Shown in pieces: positions 20,348 through 28,804 of a stretch of 64,000 bases of DNA. The notes under the pieces were generated by a model, which was given only the letters and a program-made list of their open reading frames with translations, did no database searches and was not told where the DNA came from. The DNA lies in the IMG/VR virus record IMGVR_UViG_3300022926_000007, positions 17,747 through 81,746 of that record, one strand, 5' to 3'. Numbering within the stretch: position 1 is the first letter of the stretch; each line of letters starts with the position of its first letter. Position numbers and translations under genes: made by a program. Source of the DNA: a virus.

Positions 20348-22203
20348 TAGTAATTAGATGTTACTGTGTAACCTACACCAGCGTCAGCGGAACCTCCAAC
20401 AAAGGTATCTGCCTCTACTGTGATTGTTGAATTTGCTGTATCTATTTCTAAAATCTGATCTCTTACAGGAACAATATCATAAGAAGCAGGCTCAACTGTA
20501 ACCTCTATTACAGACGAAGCAGAACCTCTAATATTTTCTATTGAAGCAATATCTAAAGAGTTAATTGTAATTTGACCTGTTGTATAGTCAACAGTACCTT
20601 GTGTATTATTTACATATGTTCTAATTCCAGAAACAAGATAATATCTTCTTACATTACCTTGTCCATCATCATCAAGGTAATAAACATTTGTTGTATCACC
20701 TGTCACTTTAAATCCTGATGTAGTGATTACACCACCTGTACCAGATTTGTGACCTGTATGTGGATTAAAAATACCGTTTCTGAAATAAATGTCATATCTT
20801 GTGGATGATCCAATAGTCGGTGTAAGAGTTTTTCTAATTTTTAAACTTGTGACATTTGATAAAATACTTGTATCAGCATCATCTATTAAACCTGTAATTT
20901 TTGAATGTCTAAACACACCATCAAATTTTTGTAATGTGTCTTTATTGTAATTTGAAATAGCAGTTAAAACTTCAGACTCTAAAGTGTCAGCTGTTTTGGT
21001 AGTTGCCTTTTCATCATACTTTATGTTTGATGTTAAAAGTATTTTTGTAATTTCTGGATCAACAATTTCTGGTCTTACAGAAGCCACATTGAATTTTTTT
21101 AATTGTGTTACAATAGATTGTTTAGTTGCGTCTGTTAAAGTAGAACCTGAAGCGGCCTTAATAGCAATTTTTACAACACCATAAATTGGCGTTTCATCAT
21201 CTTCGCCACCCCAAGCTGAAACTGATTGAGCATTAGGATACAATTCTTGTACAAGTGTTTCATAATCACCTGTTGTAACTGCTCTATCTTGTCTAGCATA
21301 TTGTAAAGGAGCATTAAATCGAATTGACTCTTTACTTTGTGGTTCAGCACCACCTTGAGCACTTGAAACTGTAGTAATTGTAACGTCTGAAAAAGTTTCA
21401 ATAGCACCTGACAAAGCAAAAGTTGAAGCACCATTAGCTTCAGTTTTATTTGTAACAATATATTCTAATATTACAATATTACCATCACTTAATGCTCGGC
21501 CTATAACACCATCTCCAAAATAAACTTCAAACTTACCATCTTCAACTTCTTGTAAAAAATAAACTCTACTTGTTGAATCTAAACTTGTAAAACCTGTAGC
21601 TAAAGTATATGTCGCTGTTGTTGAATCAGATGATGAGTTTTGAATTTGTACTTTTAAAGTTGTTGTGTCTGCTCTATTACTAGGTATTATAAAACTCTGG
21701 TCAGGATCGGATGTATTAACTGTGTATCTGTAAGTTACTAAAGTACCTTCAAAAACAGGAATATTAGAAAACTGATAAACACCATTTGTGGGCGTTAGTG
21801 TGTGAGAAGCATTAGTAACAAATTGATAAGAAGTATCGTTTACACTTGTTGTAAAAACTGTTCCTTTGGCCATTGTAATGGAATCGCCTGAAGCATTATT
21901 GACTAAAATATTTAATGAAGCTGAAGGAGCTTTTGCTGAAGTAGGAGTGTAACCTAACATCTTTGCTAATGACACAATATTTTTTCGAATGTCGGCACTA
22001 TCTAAGTACATTTCATTTGCTAACATATTAGCATTAAAACCTAGATAATGTGTATTGTAAGCTAATAAATCTAAAAGTATGGAAAAACCTGATCCTTCAA
22101 AATCATAGTCCTGAAATTCTGATTGTGATTGTAAAAATGTTTTTAAATTTTGTTTTACTAAATCAAAATCTAAATCTGAAACTGTTAATTTATTACTTGC
22201 CAT
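20347..22203 (-). CDS. gp6: Baseplate wedge subunit gp6
   Basis: LDFD..K..LK.FL...FQDYDFEGS, LAYNTHY, FGDGVIG, QDRAVT..DY. Confidence 0.95.
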   Translation of the reverse strand: MASNKLTVSDLDFDLVKQNLKTFLQSQSEFQDYDFEGSGFSILLDLLAYNTHYLGFNANMLANEMYLDSADIRKNIVSLAKMLGYTPTSAKAPSASLNILVNNASGDSITMAKGTVFTTSVNDTSYQFVTNASHTLTPTNGVYQFSNIPVFEGTLVTYRYTVNTSDPDQSFIIPSNRADTTTLKVQIQNSSSDSTTATYTLATGFTSLDSTSRVYFLQEVEDGKFEVYFGDGVIGRALSDGNIVILEYIVTNKTEANGASTFALSGAIETFSDVTITTVSSAQGGAEPQSKESIRFNAPLQYARQDRAVTTGDYETLVQELYPNAQSVSAWGGEDDETPIYGVVKIAIKAASGSTLTDATKQSIVTQLKKFNVASVRPEIVDPEITKILLTSNIKYDEKATTKTADTLESEVLTAISNYNKDTLQKFDGVFRHSKITGLIDDADTSILSNVTSLKIRKTLTPTIGSSTRYDIYFRNGIFNPHTGHKSGTGGVITTSGFKVTGDTTNVYYLDDDGQGNVRRYYLVSGIRTYVNNTQGTVDYTTGQITINSLDIASIENIRGSASSVIEVTVEPASYDIVPVRDQILEIDTANSTITVEADTFVGGSADAGVGYTVTSNY

Positions 22204-22204
22204 T

Positions 22205-22630
22205 TTATCTTAATCTTTCTAAAAATGTTGTTACAACAACTGGTTCGTTTGTAGCCACTACATAAAAGTAAATAGAAACTTTTAATCTATTTTTATCAGG
22301 TTCATCATCCACAGTTACATTTTGTAATGAAGCTCTAGGTTCATAGTTTTTAATAATTTCTTCAATTTTTCTTTTTAAAAATATACCTGTTATAGGTGTA
22401 AAATTTTCAAAAAGTAGACCTCTAACTCCACTACCCAATTCTGGATGAAAAGGCCTCTCATAAAAATTAGTTTGTATCAAATTTTTAACACTTCTTTTTA
22501 CAGCGTCAACATCTTCAACTTTAGGTATATCATTTGTAACAGGATTTCTTGTAAAGTTTAAATCCAAATCTGAATAGATTTTGTTACTTCTTTTACTCTT
22601 ATTTGTGCTTGAAGCGTCATAACTTGCCAT
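22205..22630 (-). CDS. gp25: Baseplate wedge subunit gp25
   Basis: YSDLDLNF, AVKRSVKNLI.T...ERPFHP.LGS, YEPRA. Confidence 0.95.
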   Translation of the reverse strand: MASYDASSTNKSKRSNKIYSDLDLNFTRNPVTNDIPKVEDVDAVKRSVKNLIQTNFYERPFHPELGSGVRGLLFENFTPITGIFLKRKIEEIIKNYEPRASLQNVTVDDEPDKNRLKVSIYFYVVATNEPVVVTTFLERLR

Positions 22631-22648
22631 AGTAGTAATATTTATACA

Positions 22649-22936
22649 CTATCCAGCGAAAACATTTGAAGAACCTTCAGCCACACTAGTACAACCAGAT
22701 ATAGCGTCACCAACTCTTCCACAACCTTTACCGTTGATAAAAACAGTAGTTGAACCTACAGCAATAGGTGCTGTATGAGGTGGGCACACAGCTGCTGGTA
22801 ATAAATGTGATGTGTTATTATCACCTTGACGTGAAACAGGAATACTATTTACTCTTACGTTTGGAGATCCTTCAGCTCTTGTCATTCCTGAACAATGAGC
22901 CACATCTGCATCACCTATTCTAGTTACCGCTGGCAC
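22649..22936 (-). CDS. PAAR-domain spike tip (gp5.4-like)
   Basis: PAVTRIGD, GSPNVRVN, GSTTVFING, RVGD, GSSNVFAG, with His/Cys metal ligands. Confidence 0.92.
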   Translation of the reverse strand: MPAVTRIGDADVAHCSGMTRAEGSPNVRVNSIPVSRQGDNNTSHLLPAAVCPPHTAPIAVGSTTVFINGKGCGRVGDAISGCTSVAEGSSNVFAG

Positions 22937-23123
22937 GTGTCATTAACTCCTTTAAATAATCATCAAACTTTGACATTTGATTATGTTGTTCTTCGGTATG
23001 TGGTTCAGGTGGATAATCAGGTTTAAATGATATTACGTGTTCAAAACTACTTGGTATATCATTAAACTTATTATATTTCTCTAATTTGCCATTTCTTCTT
23101 ATGACAAACTCACCTGTTAACAT
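22920..23123 (-). CDS. Hypothetical protein
   Basis: Coupled ORF upstream of PAAR (PDYPPEPHTEEQH). Confidence 0.65.
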   Translation of the reverse strand: MLTGEFVIRRNGKLEKYNKFNDIPSSFEHVISFKPDYPPEPHTEEQHNQMSKFDDYLKELMTRASGN

Positions 23124-23266
23124 TATTTACCTTGTTTGTTATAAACTTTAAATGAACGTTTTTTATGTTTGTTCATTGAACTTTTTTTAACTTTTTTACT
23201 TGTGCCTTGTGAAGTCTTTTTAGGCATTCTTTCGTGTTTTACAAAACCTTTTGATAATTTCGCCAT
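23123..23266 (-). CDS. Small basic protein, 47 aa (absent from ORF track)
   Basis: MAKLSKGFVKHERMPKKTSQG...KVYNKQGK, with TAATG overlaps at both ends. Confidence 0.7.
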   Translation of the reverse strand: MAKLSKGFVKHERMPKKTSQGTSKKVKKSSMNKHKKRSFKVYNKQGK

Positions 23267-23472
23267 TATTTACCTAATTTCTTTTTTCTTCCAAGAGGTA
23301 ATTGAATTGAACTTACAACCTTTTTGCCTTTTTTACTAATATACTCAAATCCAACAAGTTGATTTTTAAATTTTTCTTGTATAGACTTTACGGCCTTCTT
23401 AAAACTTGTATTTTCGTTTTTTTCTTCTTGTCCTTTGTCGTTCCAAAATAAGAACTCTCTCATTTTTGCCAT
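23266..23472 (-). CDS. Small basic hypothetical protein
   Basis: Coupled ORF with GGAG RBS. Confidence 0.65.
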   Translation of the reverse strand: MAKMREFLFWNDKGQEEKNENTSFKKAVKSIQEKFKNQLVGFEYISKKGKKVVSSIQLPLGRKKKLGK

Positions 23473-23474
23473 TT

Positions 23475-23666
23475 TTATACTCCATTAAACGAATCATAAT
23501 CCATTGAATCGTATGTTACTTCATTTTCATCAAAATCATTATTTTTTTCGTGTCGGCAATAACTACAACACAAAATTTCACCGTTTCCATCATAATTTTT
23601 CATACAATGGCCGCCACAATGGCAATCGTGCCCACAATTTTGACATTTCTGAATTTTTTTTGTCAT
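23475..23666 (-). CDS. Cys/His-rich small protein (metal-binding)
   Basis: CQNCGHDCHCGGHC...CCSYCRH. Confidence 0.6.
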   Translation of the reverse strand: MTKKIQKCQNCGHDCHCGGHCMKNYDGNGEILCCSYCRHEKNNDFDENEVTYDSMDYDSFNGV

Positions 23667-23680
23667 TATTAATATTTATC

Positions 23681-23890
23681 TTAAAAATTACAGCTTATTT
23701 CTGCTTTCGGTTTTCCGTTTTTTAATAAATCTCTAATTTTTTCTTCGGTATTTTCTTTTTTTTCTTGTGATTCGTCTTTTTTTTGTGATTCTAGCTCAAC
23801 TCCTGGCAAAAAACGACATTTTTCAACATTTTTAACACAGGAAGAGAACAAAATAAGAACAAATAACAAAAAAATGTGATTTTTCTTCAT
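23681..23890 (-). CDS. Putative small lipoprotein
   Basis: MKK, hydrophobic stretch, then an FSSC lipobox-like motif. Confidence 0.5.
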   Translation of the reverse strand: MKKNHIFLLFVLILFSSCVKNVEKCRFLPGVELESQKKDESQEKKENTEEKIRDLLKNGKPKAEISCNF

Positions 23891-23908
23891 TTTTTTTGCT
23901 TTTTTTGC

Positions 23909-23937
23909 TTGACTTTTATGTATTTATCTGGTATATT
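23909..23937 (+). promoter_or_regulatory. Sigma70-like early promoter
   Basis: TTGACT-N17-TATATT heading the + strand island. Confidence 0.8.
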
Positions 23938-23972
23938 GGACGAGTAATGACAACAAAAACAAAGGAAAACAC

Positions 23973-24309
23973 AATGTTAAACAAAAAAGAAAAAAACAAA
24001 CACAATATATCATTATCACTTTTAAAATCAATTAAGTATATTGATAAAAATGATTATGATTTAGTTAATAAAGTAACAAAAATGAAAAATGATAGTAATA
24101 AAACTTATTATTTCATTAATTATGATAGTGTTACGCCTTCATATGTTGTGAAAGAAACTATCAGACCTTTCAATAGAACGAAGAAATATATTTCTAGTCA
24201 AAAACCTGTGATGAAAATATCTTCAATCTATAATCAATCTATGTATAGAACAATTGATATACAAAAATATATTGATATTATTAACAAAGAAGAAAAGAAA
24301 GTAGCATAA
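23973..24309 (+). CDS. Hypothetical early protein
   Basis: ATG at 23973 follows an AAGGA RBS, downstream of the promoter. Confidence 0.65.
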
Positions 24310-24485
24310 TGACAAATATTTTATCTATTACTACTATTGTTTCATTAATATTAGCTGCTGGCGCCATTGAAGATTGTGGTGGCGCCTGTATTGGAAACGA
24401 AAATTGGACAGCATTTTTTATTTGCTTGACAATTGCTATGATTTGTGGTATACTAACCATATTAACACTTAAAAAAGGAGACTAA
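24309..24485 (+). CDS. Small membrane protein, 58 aa (absent from ORF track)
   Basis: MTNILSITTIVSLILAAGAIEDCGGACIG...TILTLKKGD: two hydrophobic segments, coupled start. Confidence 0.6.
   Translation: MTNILSITTIVSLILAAGAIEDCGGACIGNENWTAFFICLTIAMICGILTILTLKKGD
24426..24454 (+). promoter_or_regulatory. Sigma70-like early promoter (inside upstream ORF)
   Basis: TTGACA-N17-TATACT. Confidence 0.8.
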
Positions 24486-24488
24486 ACT

Positions 24489-24851
24489 ATGATAAAAGTA
24501 GAAAAAACAGCAAATACACTAGACGAAGGAATTAAAAACTTAATGGCTGGTGCTAAACAAGACTATGTAAGAATGTCAACAATGGGTGGCAAAGAACTTA
24601 CTGGTTATTCTAAAGAACAAGTTGACAATTGGGATATGAAAACAAGAGTTTCATTCGGTAAAAAGTATATTAAAGTTGTACAAGATACTGGTGTTTTTTG
24701 TTTTATTGCTAAAGAAGACTTTAAACATTTTAAAAAAGGTGATATATTAAAAGCGGCTGGTTGGAATGCTCCTGCTTTAAACTCACCAAGAGGAAATGTA
24801 TTAACAGGTAACTATCCAATTCAATGGACAGGTCCATTATATTTAAAATAA
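24489..24851 (+). CDS. Conserved phage hypothetical protein
   Basis: Strong RBS. GKKYIKV...VFCFI...KGDILKAAGWNAPALN..RGNV...WTGPLYL. Confidence 0.8.
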   Translation: MIKVEKTANTLDEGIKNLMAGAKQDYVRMSTMGGKELTGYSKEQVDNWDMKTRVSFGKKYIKVVQDTGVFCFIAKEDFKHFKKGDILKAAGWNAPALNSPRGNVLTGNYPIQWTGPLYLK

Positions 24852-24872
24852 AATAATAAAGGAGAAAACACT

Positions 24873-25112
24873 ATGATGATAGAAACACTAAACAAAATGA
24901 GTATCACTCAATTAAATGATACCAAGGCTATGATTGATGTATTAATCAAGTCTAAAGTTAAAAACGAAATGAAGGTTGGCACAAAGGTGAATGTTGTACA
25001 AAAAACTAAAAAGACGCCTGGTGTAATTACCAAAATTATGAATAGTAAATGTCTGGTTGATTTATCAGGCAGAATCTATAGAGTACCAATGACAATGTTG
25101 GAGGTAGCATAA
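24873..25112 (+). CDS. Hypothetical protein (SH3/KOW-like C-terminus)
   Basis: AAGGAG RBS. KVGTKVNV...GVITKI...VDL...YRVP. Confidence 0.7.
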   Translation: MMIETLNKMSITQLNDTKAMIDVLIKSKVKNEMKVGTKVNVVQKTKKTPGVITKIMNSKCLVDLSGRIYRVPMTMLEVA

Positions 25113-25384
25113 TGTTGTACGCTGATAAAGTTATGAATACTGATTATTACCAAAAACTAAAAAAGGTTAGTAATAGTATTGCTAAAAAATATAAAGGCCA
25201 CCCTTTAGAGAAAGGAATAGCCAAAGGCATACCAATGAAGTATCTGCCTTTGTTTAAAGAGTTTTCTAAAAAAGTAAAACCTTTAAGAATAAGATATAGA
25301 GGCAATTCAAAACCAGGTTATAGACGGCCAAGGGATTATGTTCATATGGCCTATGCTGATACTTTTGCCATTTATTACAGATGA
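25112..25384 (+). CDS. Hypothetical basic protein
   Basis: Coupled ORF, GGAGG RBS. Confidence 0.7.
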   Translation: MLYADKVMNTDYYQKLKKVSNSIAKKYKGHPLEKGIAKGIPMKYLPLFKEFSKKVKPLRIRYRGNSKPGYRRPRDYVHMAYADTFAIYYR

Positions 25385-25551
25385 TAAAATATCAAGTTAC
25401 AAAAGACGGCAAGATTTTAAAAGAGTTTGATAATGATTGGGATGCCGCCATCTTTGCCTGTAATAATGAATACGGACCAGGTATGAAAATATATACAAAC
25501 TCAAAAGAGAAAACAGAAAGTTGGATACACTTTGAATACAAAAAAATATAA
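25381..25551 (+). CDS. Hypothetical protein, 56 aa (absent from ORF track)
   Basis: ATGA overlap. MIKYQVTKDGKILKEFDNDWDAAIFAC... Confidence 0.6.
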   Translation: MIKYQVTKDGKILKEFDNDWDAAIFACNNEYGPGMKIYTNSKEKTESWIHFEYKKI

Positions 25552-25771
25552 AATAGATTATTATTTAAAATGGATAGCGACAGGCCTATTAATTATCGGC
25601 GCCGCTCTTAATTCACTTAATATCTATCCATATGGACCTTTAATGAATTTATTAGGTGGCTTTGTATGGTTGGCTGTTTCAGTTATGTGGAAAGAAGCCG
25701 CCTTAATTACAACTAATGTTGTTTTAGCTAGTGTAACTATTATAGGATTAGTTTACACGTATTTCTTTTAA
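25532..25771 (+). CDS. Small multi-pass membrane protein
   Basis: Three hydrophobic segments (KWIAT...NIYP). Confidence 0.65.
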   Translation: MNTKKYKIDYYLKWIATGLLIIGAALNSLNIYPYGPLMNLLGGFVWLAVSVMWKEAALITTNVVLASVTIIGLVYTYFF

Positions 25772-25848
25772 GCAGACGTAGCTCAATTGGTTAGAGCGCT
25801 GGTTTGTGGAACCAGAGGTTGATTGTTCGATTCAATCCGTCTGTACCA
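25772..25848 (+). tRNA. tRNA-His (GUG), CCA encoded, no G-1, A73
   Basis: Acceptor stem GCAGACG/CGTCTGT, D arm GCTC/GAGC, anticodon arm CTGGT-TTGTGGA-ACCAG, T arm GATTG-TTCGATT-CAATC, ACCA end. Confidence 0.93.
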
Positions 25849-25874
25849 GTTTCTTTGTTGTTGATTGTTAAAGT

Positions 25875-25945
25875 GAGAGGTGCTTGTGTGTGGAGGTAAG
25901 CACCTCTCTATGAGAGAGCTACGCTCTCTCGTGGTGTGGTATAGT
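25875..25945 (-). ncRNA. Candidate late small RNA with two hairpins
   Basis: Late promoter at 25946-25953 with no ORF behind it. Stems GAGAGAGC/GCTCTCTC and GAGAGGTGCTT/AAGCACCTCTC. Confidence 0.45.
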
Positions 25946-25956
25946 TATTTATACAC

Positions 25957-26151
25957 TTACCAATTATTTGTGGATTTAACTTTTGTGTGAGCTAAGACTT
26001 TATCTTTGTTTGGTCCGTGTTTAACAATGTAACCAGATGTTCCACCAGCATTGATGTCAACTTCTTTTCTGGCACTAAACAAAGCTTTTGTTTTTTTCTC
26101 AAGCTCTTTAGACTTACTATAACCTGTAAGTAATCTTGTATGTCTTTCCAT
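25957..26151 (-). CDS. Riboswitch-controlled small protein, 64 aa
   Basis: Strong AAGGAGGG RBS directly downstream of the glutamine riboswitch. Confidence 0.75.
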   Translation of the reverse strand: MERHTRLLTGYSKSKELEKKTKALFSARKEVDINAGGTSGYIVKHGPNKDKVLAHTKVKSTNNW

Positions 26152-26176
26152 AACACCCTCCTTTTTAAAGTTAGGT

Positions 26177-26224
26177 GCGTTCCTTCGGCATTTGCCTACT
26201 TCCGTCCGTTTCAGGATGAACGTA
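26177..26224 (-). promoter_or_regulatory. Glutamine riboswitch (glnA / Downstream-peptide class)
   Basis: The - strand reads CGTTC-ATCCTGAAACGGAC-GGAAGTA-GGCAAATGCC-GAAG-GAACGC: P1 CGUUC/GAACG, two short hairpins and E-loop strands. Confidence 0.82.
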
Positions 26225-26230
26225 TATTAT

Positions 26231-26238
26231 TATTTATA
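26231..26238 (-). promoter_or_regulatory. T4 late promoter TATAAATA
   Basis: Exact match immediately upstream of the riboswitch. Confidence 0.8.
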
Positions 26239-26269
26239 ACAGATATGTGCCTAAAACATATCTAATATG

Positions 26270-26298
26270 AATATAACACATATCTGTATAAATGTCAA
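26270..26298 (-). promoter_or_regulatory. Sigma70-like early promoter
   Basis: TTGACA-N17-TATATT upstream of the riboswitch. Confidence 0.75.
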
Positions 26299-26300
26299 TG

Positions 26301-26780
26301 TTAAAATTTTGATAAGAAGTTTGCGATTTGTTTGACAAATGGAAGTAATGTAAACGCCATTATCAAATTTACACCAGTATGTGCTAAAGCGATATGTCTT
26401 GTAATTCCTTGTGGTATTCCATCAGATACTAAAAATCCAGCAATCCATATTGTACCTGTTGTACCTATGTTTGCCCCTAATACGGCGGCTATGGCCGCTG
26501 GTAATGGAACGGCACCAGAGGCAACAAGAGCTATGATTGCTGTCGTTGATAGTGATGATGATTGCCAAAGTAATGTCATAATGATACCACCAAAAAACAT
26601 ATAAACTGTATTGTGTGTAAAATAAGATAAGTGATCTAAATTACCCATTGATTTCATTCCACCTGAAAACATTTTCAAACCAATATAAAATACCACTAGA
26701 CCTACAAGGGTAGTGATTATAGGATTCCCTAATTCCATTTCTTTGACCTTTTTGATTAGTTTTTTAAATGAAGACCTCAT
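26301..26780 (-). CDS. Na+/Pi cotransporter family (NptA/SLC34-like), single-repeat protein
   Basis: QSSS motif (WQSSSLST), GANIGTT and ALAH...N, with several TM segments. Confidence 0.82.
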   Translation of the reverse strand: MRSSFKKLIKKVKEMELGNPIITTLVGLVVFYIGLKMFSGGMKSMGNLDHLSYFTHNTVYMFFGGIIMTLLWQSSSLSTTAIIALVASGAVPLPAAIAAVLGANIGTTGTIWIAGFLVSDGIPQGITRHIALAHTGVNLIMAFTLLPFVKQIANFLSKF

Positions 26781-26828
26781 CTAAAAAATATTTAGAACTA
26801 GAAAAGTGATTGTAACAAAAGTTTAATA

Positions 26829-28115
26829 CTATTGTATGATAAGGTAAATACTACTATCCGTTGTAAGTTTTTTGGATGTAAAGTAATTAAACTTCATATG
26901 ATTTTCAAAAGACTTTGGTTTCATTAAAAAAGAATACATATAACTCATTAAGTTGGCAAATCTATCTTGTACTAGTTTGTCACCTCTTTTAAACAATCGT
27001 ATGGCCTCATCATAGTTTTCAATTGTATTTGACAATCGTTTATACTTACTAAACATTTCTTTTAATTCTCTTTGTGCTACACTATAACTTGATTGATTTA
27101 CACCACCACCTCTTAATTTGTAATTATATTCTTCATCTACATATTTTGTATAAGCCTTAGCATCAACGGCGCCTGTTTGAAAACCAGCACCAATAAAACG
27201 GCCTTCTAATGAAACGTTTAATGTAGTAGCACTTGCCTTAAAACCCACACGAACAGCAAAACCAGATTTAGTTATAACAATAAAATTATTAAAACTTTCT
27301 GATAAATCCACTCTATCAAACTTTAAATCTAAATCTAACTTTTGTGTCATTAATTTACTCGGGTCAATAATAGAAGAAGTTGCTCTTGGCTTTTCTACTT
27401 GTTTAAGTGAAATAGGAATAACATCTCTTTTTTTAAAGGCCTTTGTTAATTCACCATTTAACTCATTGGCCGATTTAGAATTTAATAAAGGTTTCATATT
27501 ATAATTTTTACGTATCATCCATACATCACCTGGATTCCAGTTATCATCTAATTTACCCGTTAACCCACGAGCTAGTTTATATAACTCATTGGTCATTGGA
27601 CCTTTTTGTCTTTCGTAATGATAACCTTTTTTTAGTTTATACTTTTTTAATTCATTTAATTGCTTTAAAGCACTTTCATAATAAAAACTATCAAACAATG
27701 TTTCATACACACCTTTAATTTTTCCCACCATTGATTTAACTTGTTCCTCTTTTAAAGTACGGCCTGTTTCAATATAACTTTCAAATAGATGCATTGATAC
27801 TAATTCTTTTATTTCAGTCAATACATTGGTTTTTGATTTGGCGTTGGCCGTATAGTGATTAAATGAACCGTTAATAGAACTTTCAGATCCTTCAATTAAC
27901 ACAATCTTATTTTTACTATCTTTAAGTACAATGGATTTATTGCCTTTGGCCAATTCTATAAACTTATTGGCCTTAACTTTTCTACGTATAATTAAAAACA
28001 CAGATTTACCTGGCACATAACCCTCTTTTTTAAACAAGGCACTATTTACAGGCTTATCTTTTAATATAACTCTATGGTTTTCACCATACTTTTTATTTTC
28101 TACGATTGACGCCAT
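26829..28115 (-). CDS. PD-(D/E)xK restriction-endonuclease-like protein
   Basis: E...DNWNPGDVW...IPISLK (PD...SxK variant). Late promoter at 28139-28146. Confidence 0.6.
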   Translation of the reverse strand: MASIVENKKYGENHRVILKDKPVNSALFKKEGYVPGKSVFLIIRRKVKANKFIELAKGNKSIVLKDSKNKIVLIEGSESSINGSFNHYTANAKSKTNVLTEIKELVSMHLFESYIETGRTLKEEQVKSMVGKIKGVYETLFDSFYYESALKQLNELKKYKLKKGYHYERQKGPMTNELYKLARGLTGKLDDNWNPGDVWMIRKNYNMKPLLNSKSANELNGELTKAFKKRDVIPISLKQVEKPRATSSIIDPSKLMTQKLDLDLKFDRVDLSESFNNFIVITKSGFAVRVGFKASATTLNVSLEGRFIGAGFQTGAVDAKAYTKYVDEEYNYKLRGGGVNQSSYSVAQRELKEMFSKYKRLSNTIENYDEAIRLFKRGDKLVQDRFANLMSYMYSFLMKPKSFENHMKFNYFTSKKLTTDSSIYLIIQ

Positions 28116-28191
28116 AATTCTCTCTCTTTATACTTCAATATTTATAGAATGGCAAGAGATTTTTTCCGAGTTTCCGGTGGTTAAGTGGCCT

Positions 28192-28455
28192 CTAAGGCTT
28201 AATTCTTAATAGTATCTTTTTAATGTTTTCATACCAGAATATACCACTTTGTCGTAGTTTATTGTTAGAACTACGTAACTTCTCCAGACTATTACGTAAC
28301 CGTGTAACTTGTGCCTTTGTAAGTCGTTTATCATTTTGTTGTAAATGTTCTAACTTTTCTATTATATCATCTATTTGAATACAAGTGTAATCAGGTATCT
28401 TTGGTGCCTTCTTTTTTAGATAAGGTAGAGTAAAACTCTTAGGCCATTTTGCCAT
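28192..28455 (-). CDS. Hypothetical protein
   Basis: AAGGA RBS, coiled-coil. Confidence 0.6.
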   Translation of the reverse strand: MAKWPKSFTLPYLKKKAPKIPDYTCIQIDDIIEKLEHLQQNDKRLTKAQVTRLRNSLEKLRSSNNKLRQSGIFWYENIKKILLRIKP

Positions 28456-28804
28456 AGTAGTATGTCCTTTGTAAGTAACAGGCCAGTTGTTAAGGGGAAT
28501 GTAGAATAATATTACTTTAATATTTAGGAGATAAAGTCGTCTTCCTACGTGTATTTTTATCCGAGGGGTTTTTTCTATAAAAGGAAGTGTATTAAGTTGT
28601 CTAGCTGGACTCTAAGCTTTTCCTGATGGTTCAACACCACTATGTATAAGATATAGAAACTCTACAAGGTGGCCATTTAAATATGGCCTCCAATATATCT
28701 ATTAACATCTTTATTACATTTATAGTTTAGCAAGCCGCTCCAGTTTGCATAAGCACTTTTCCACCACAGGTTTTCGAGCCATAAAAAACACGGCCATATA
28801 TAAG

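Noticed and set aside
23760-23800. GANTC (CcrM) sites near early promoters
   Set aside because: Too few sites to distinguish from chance by eye.
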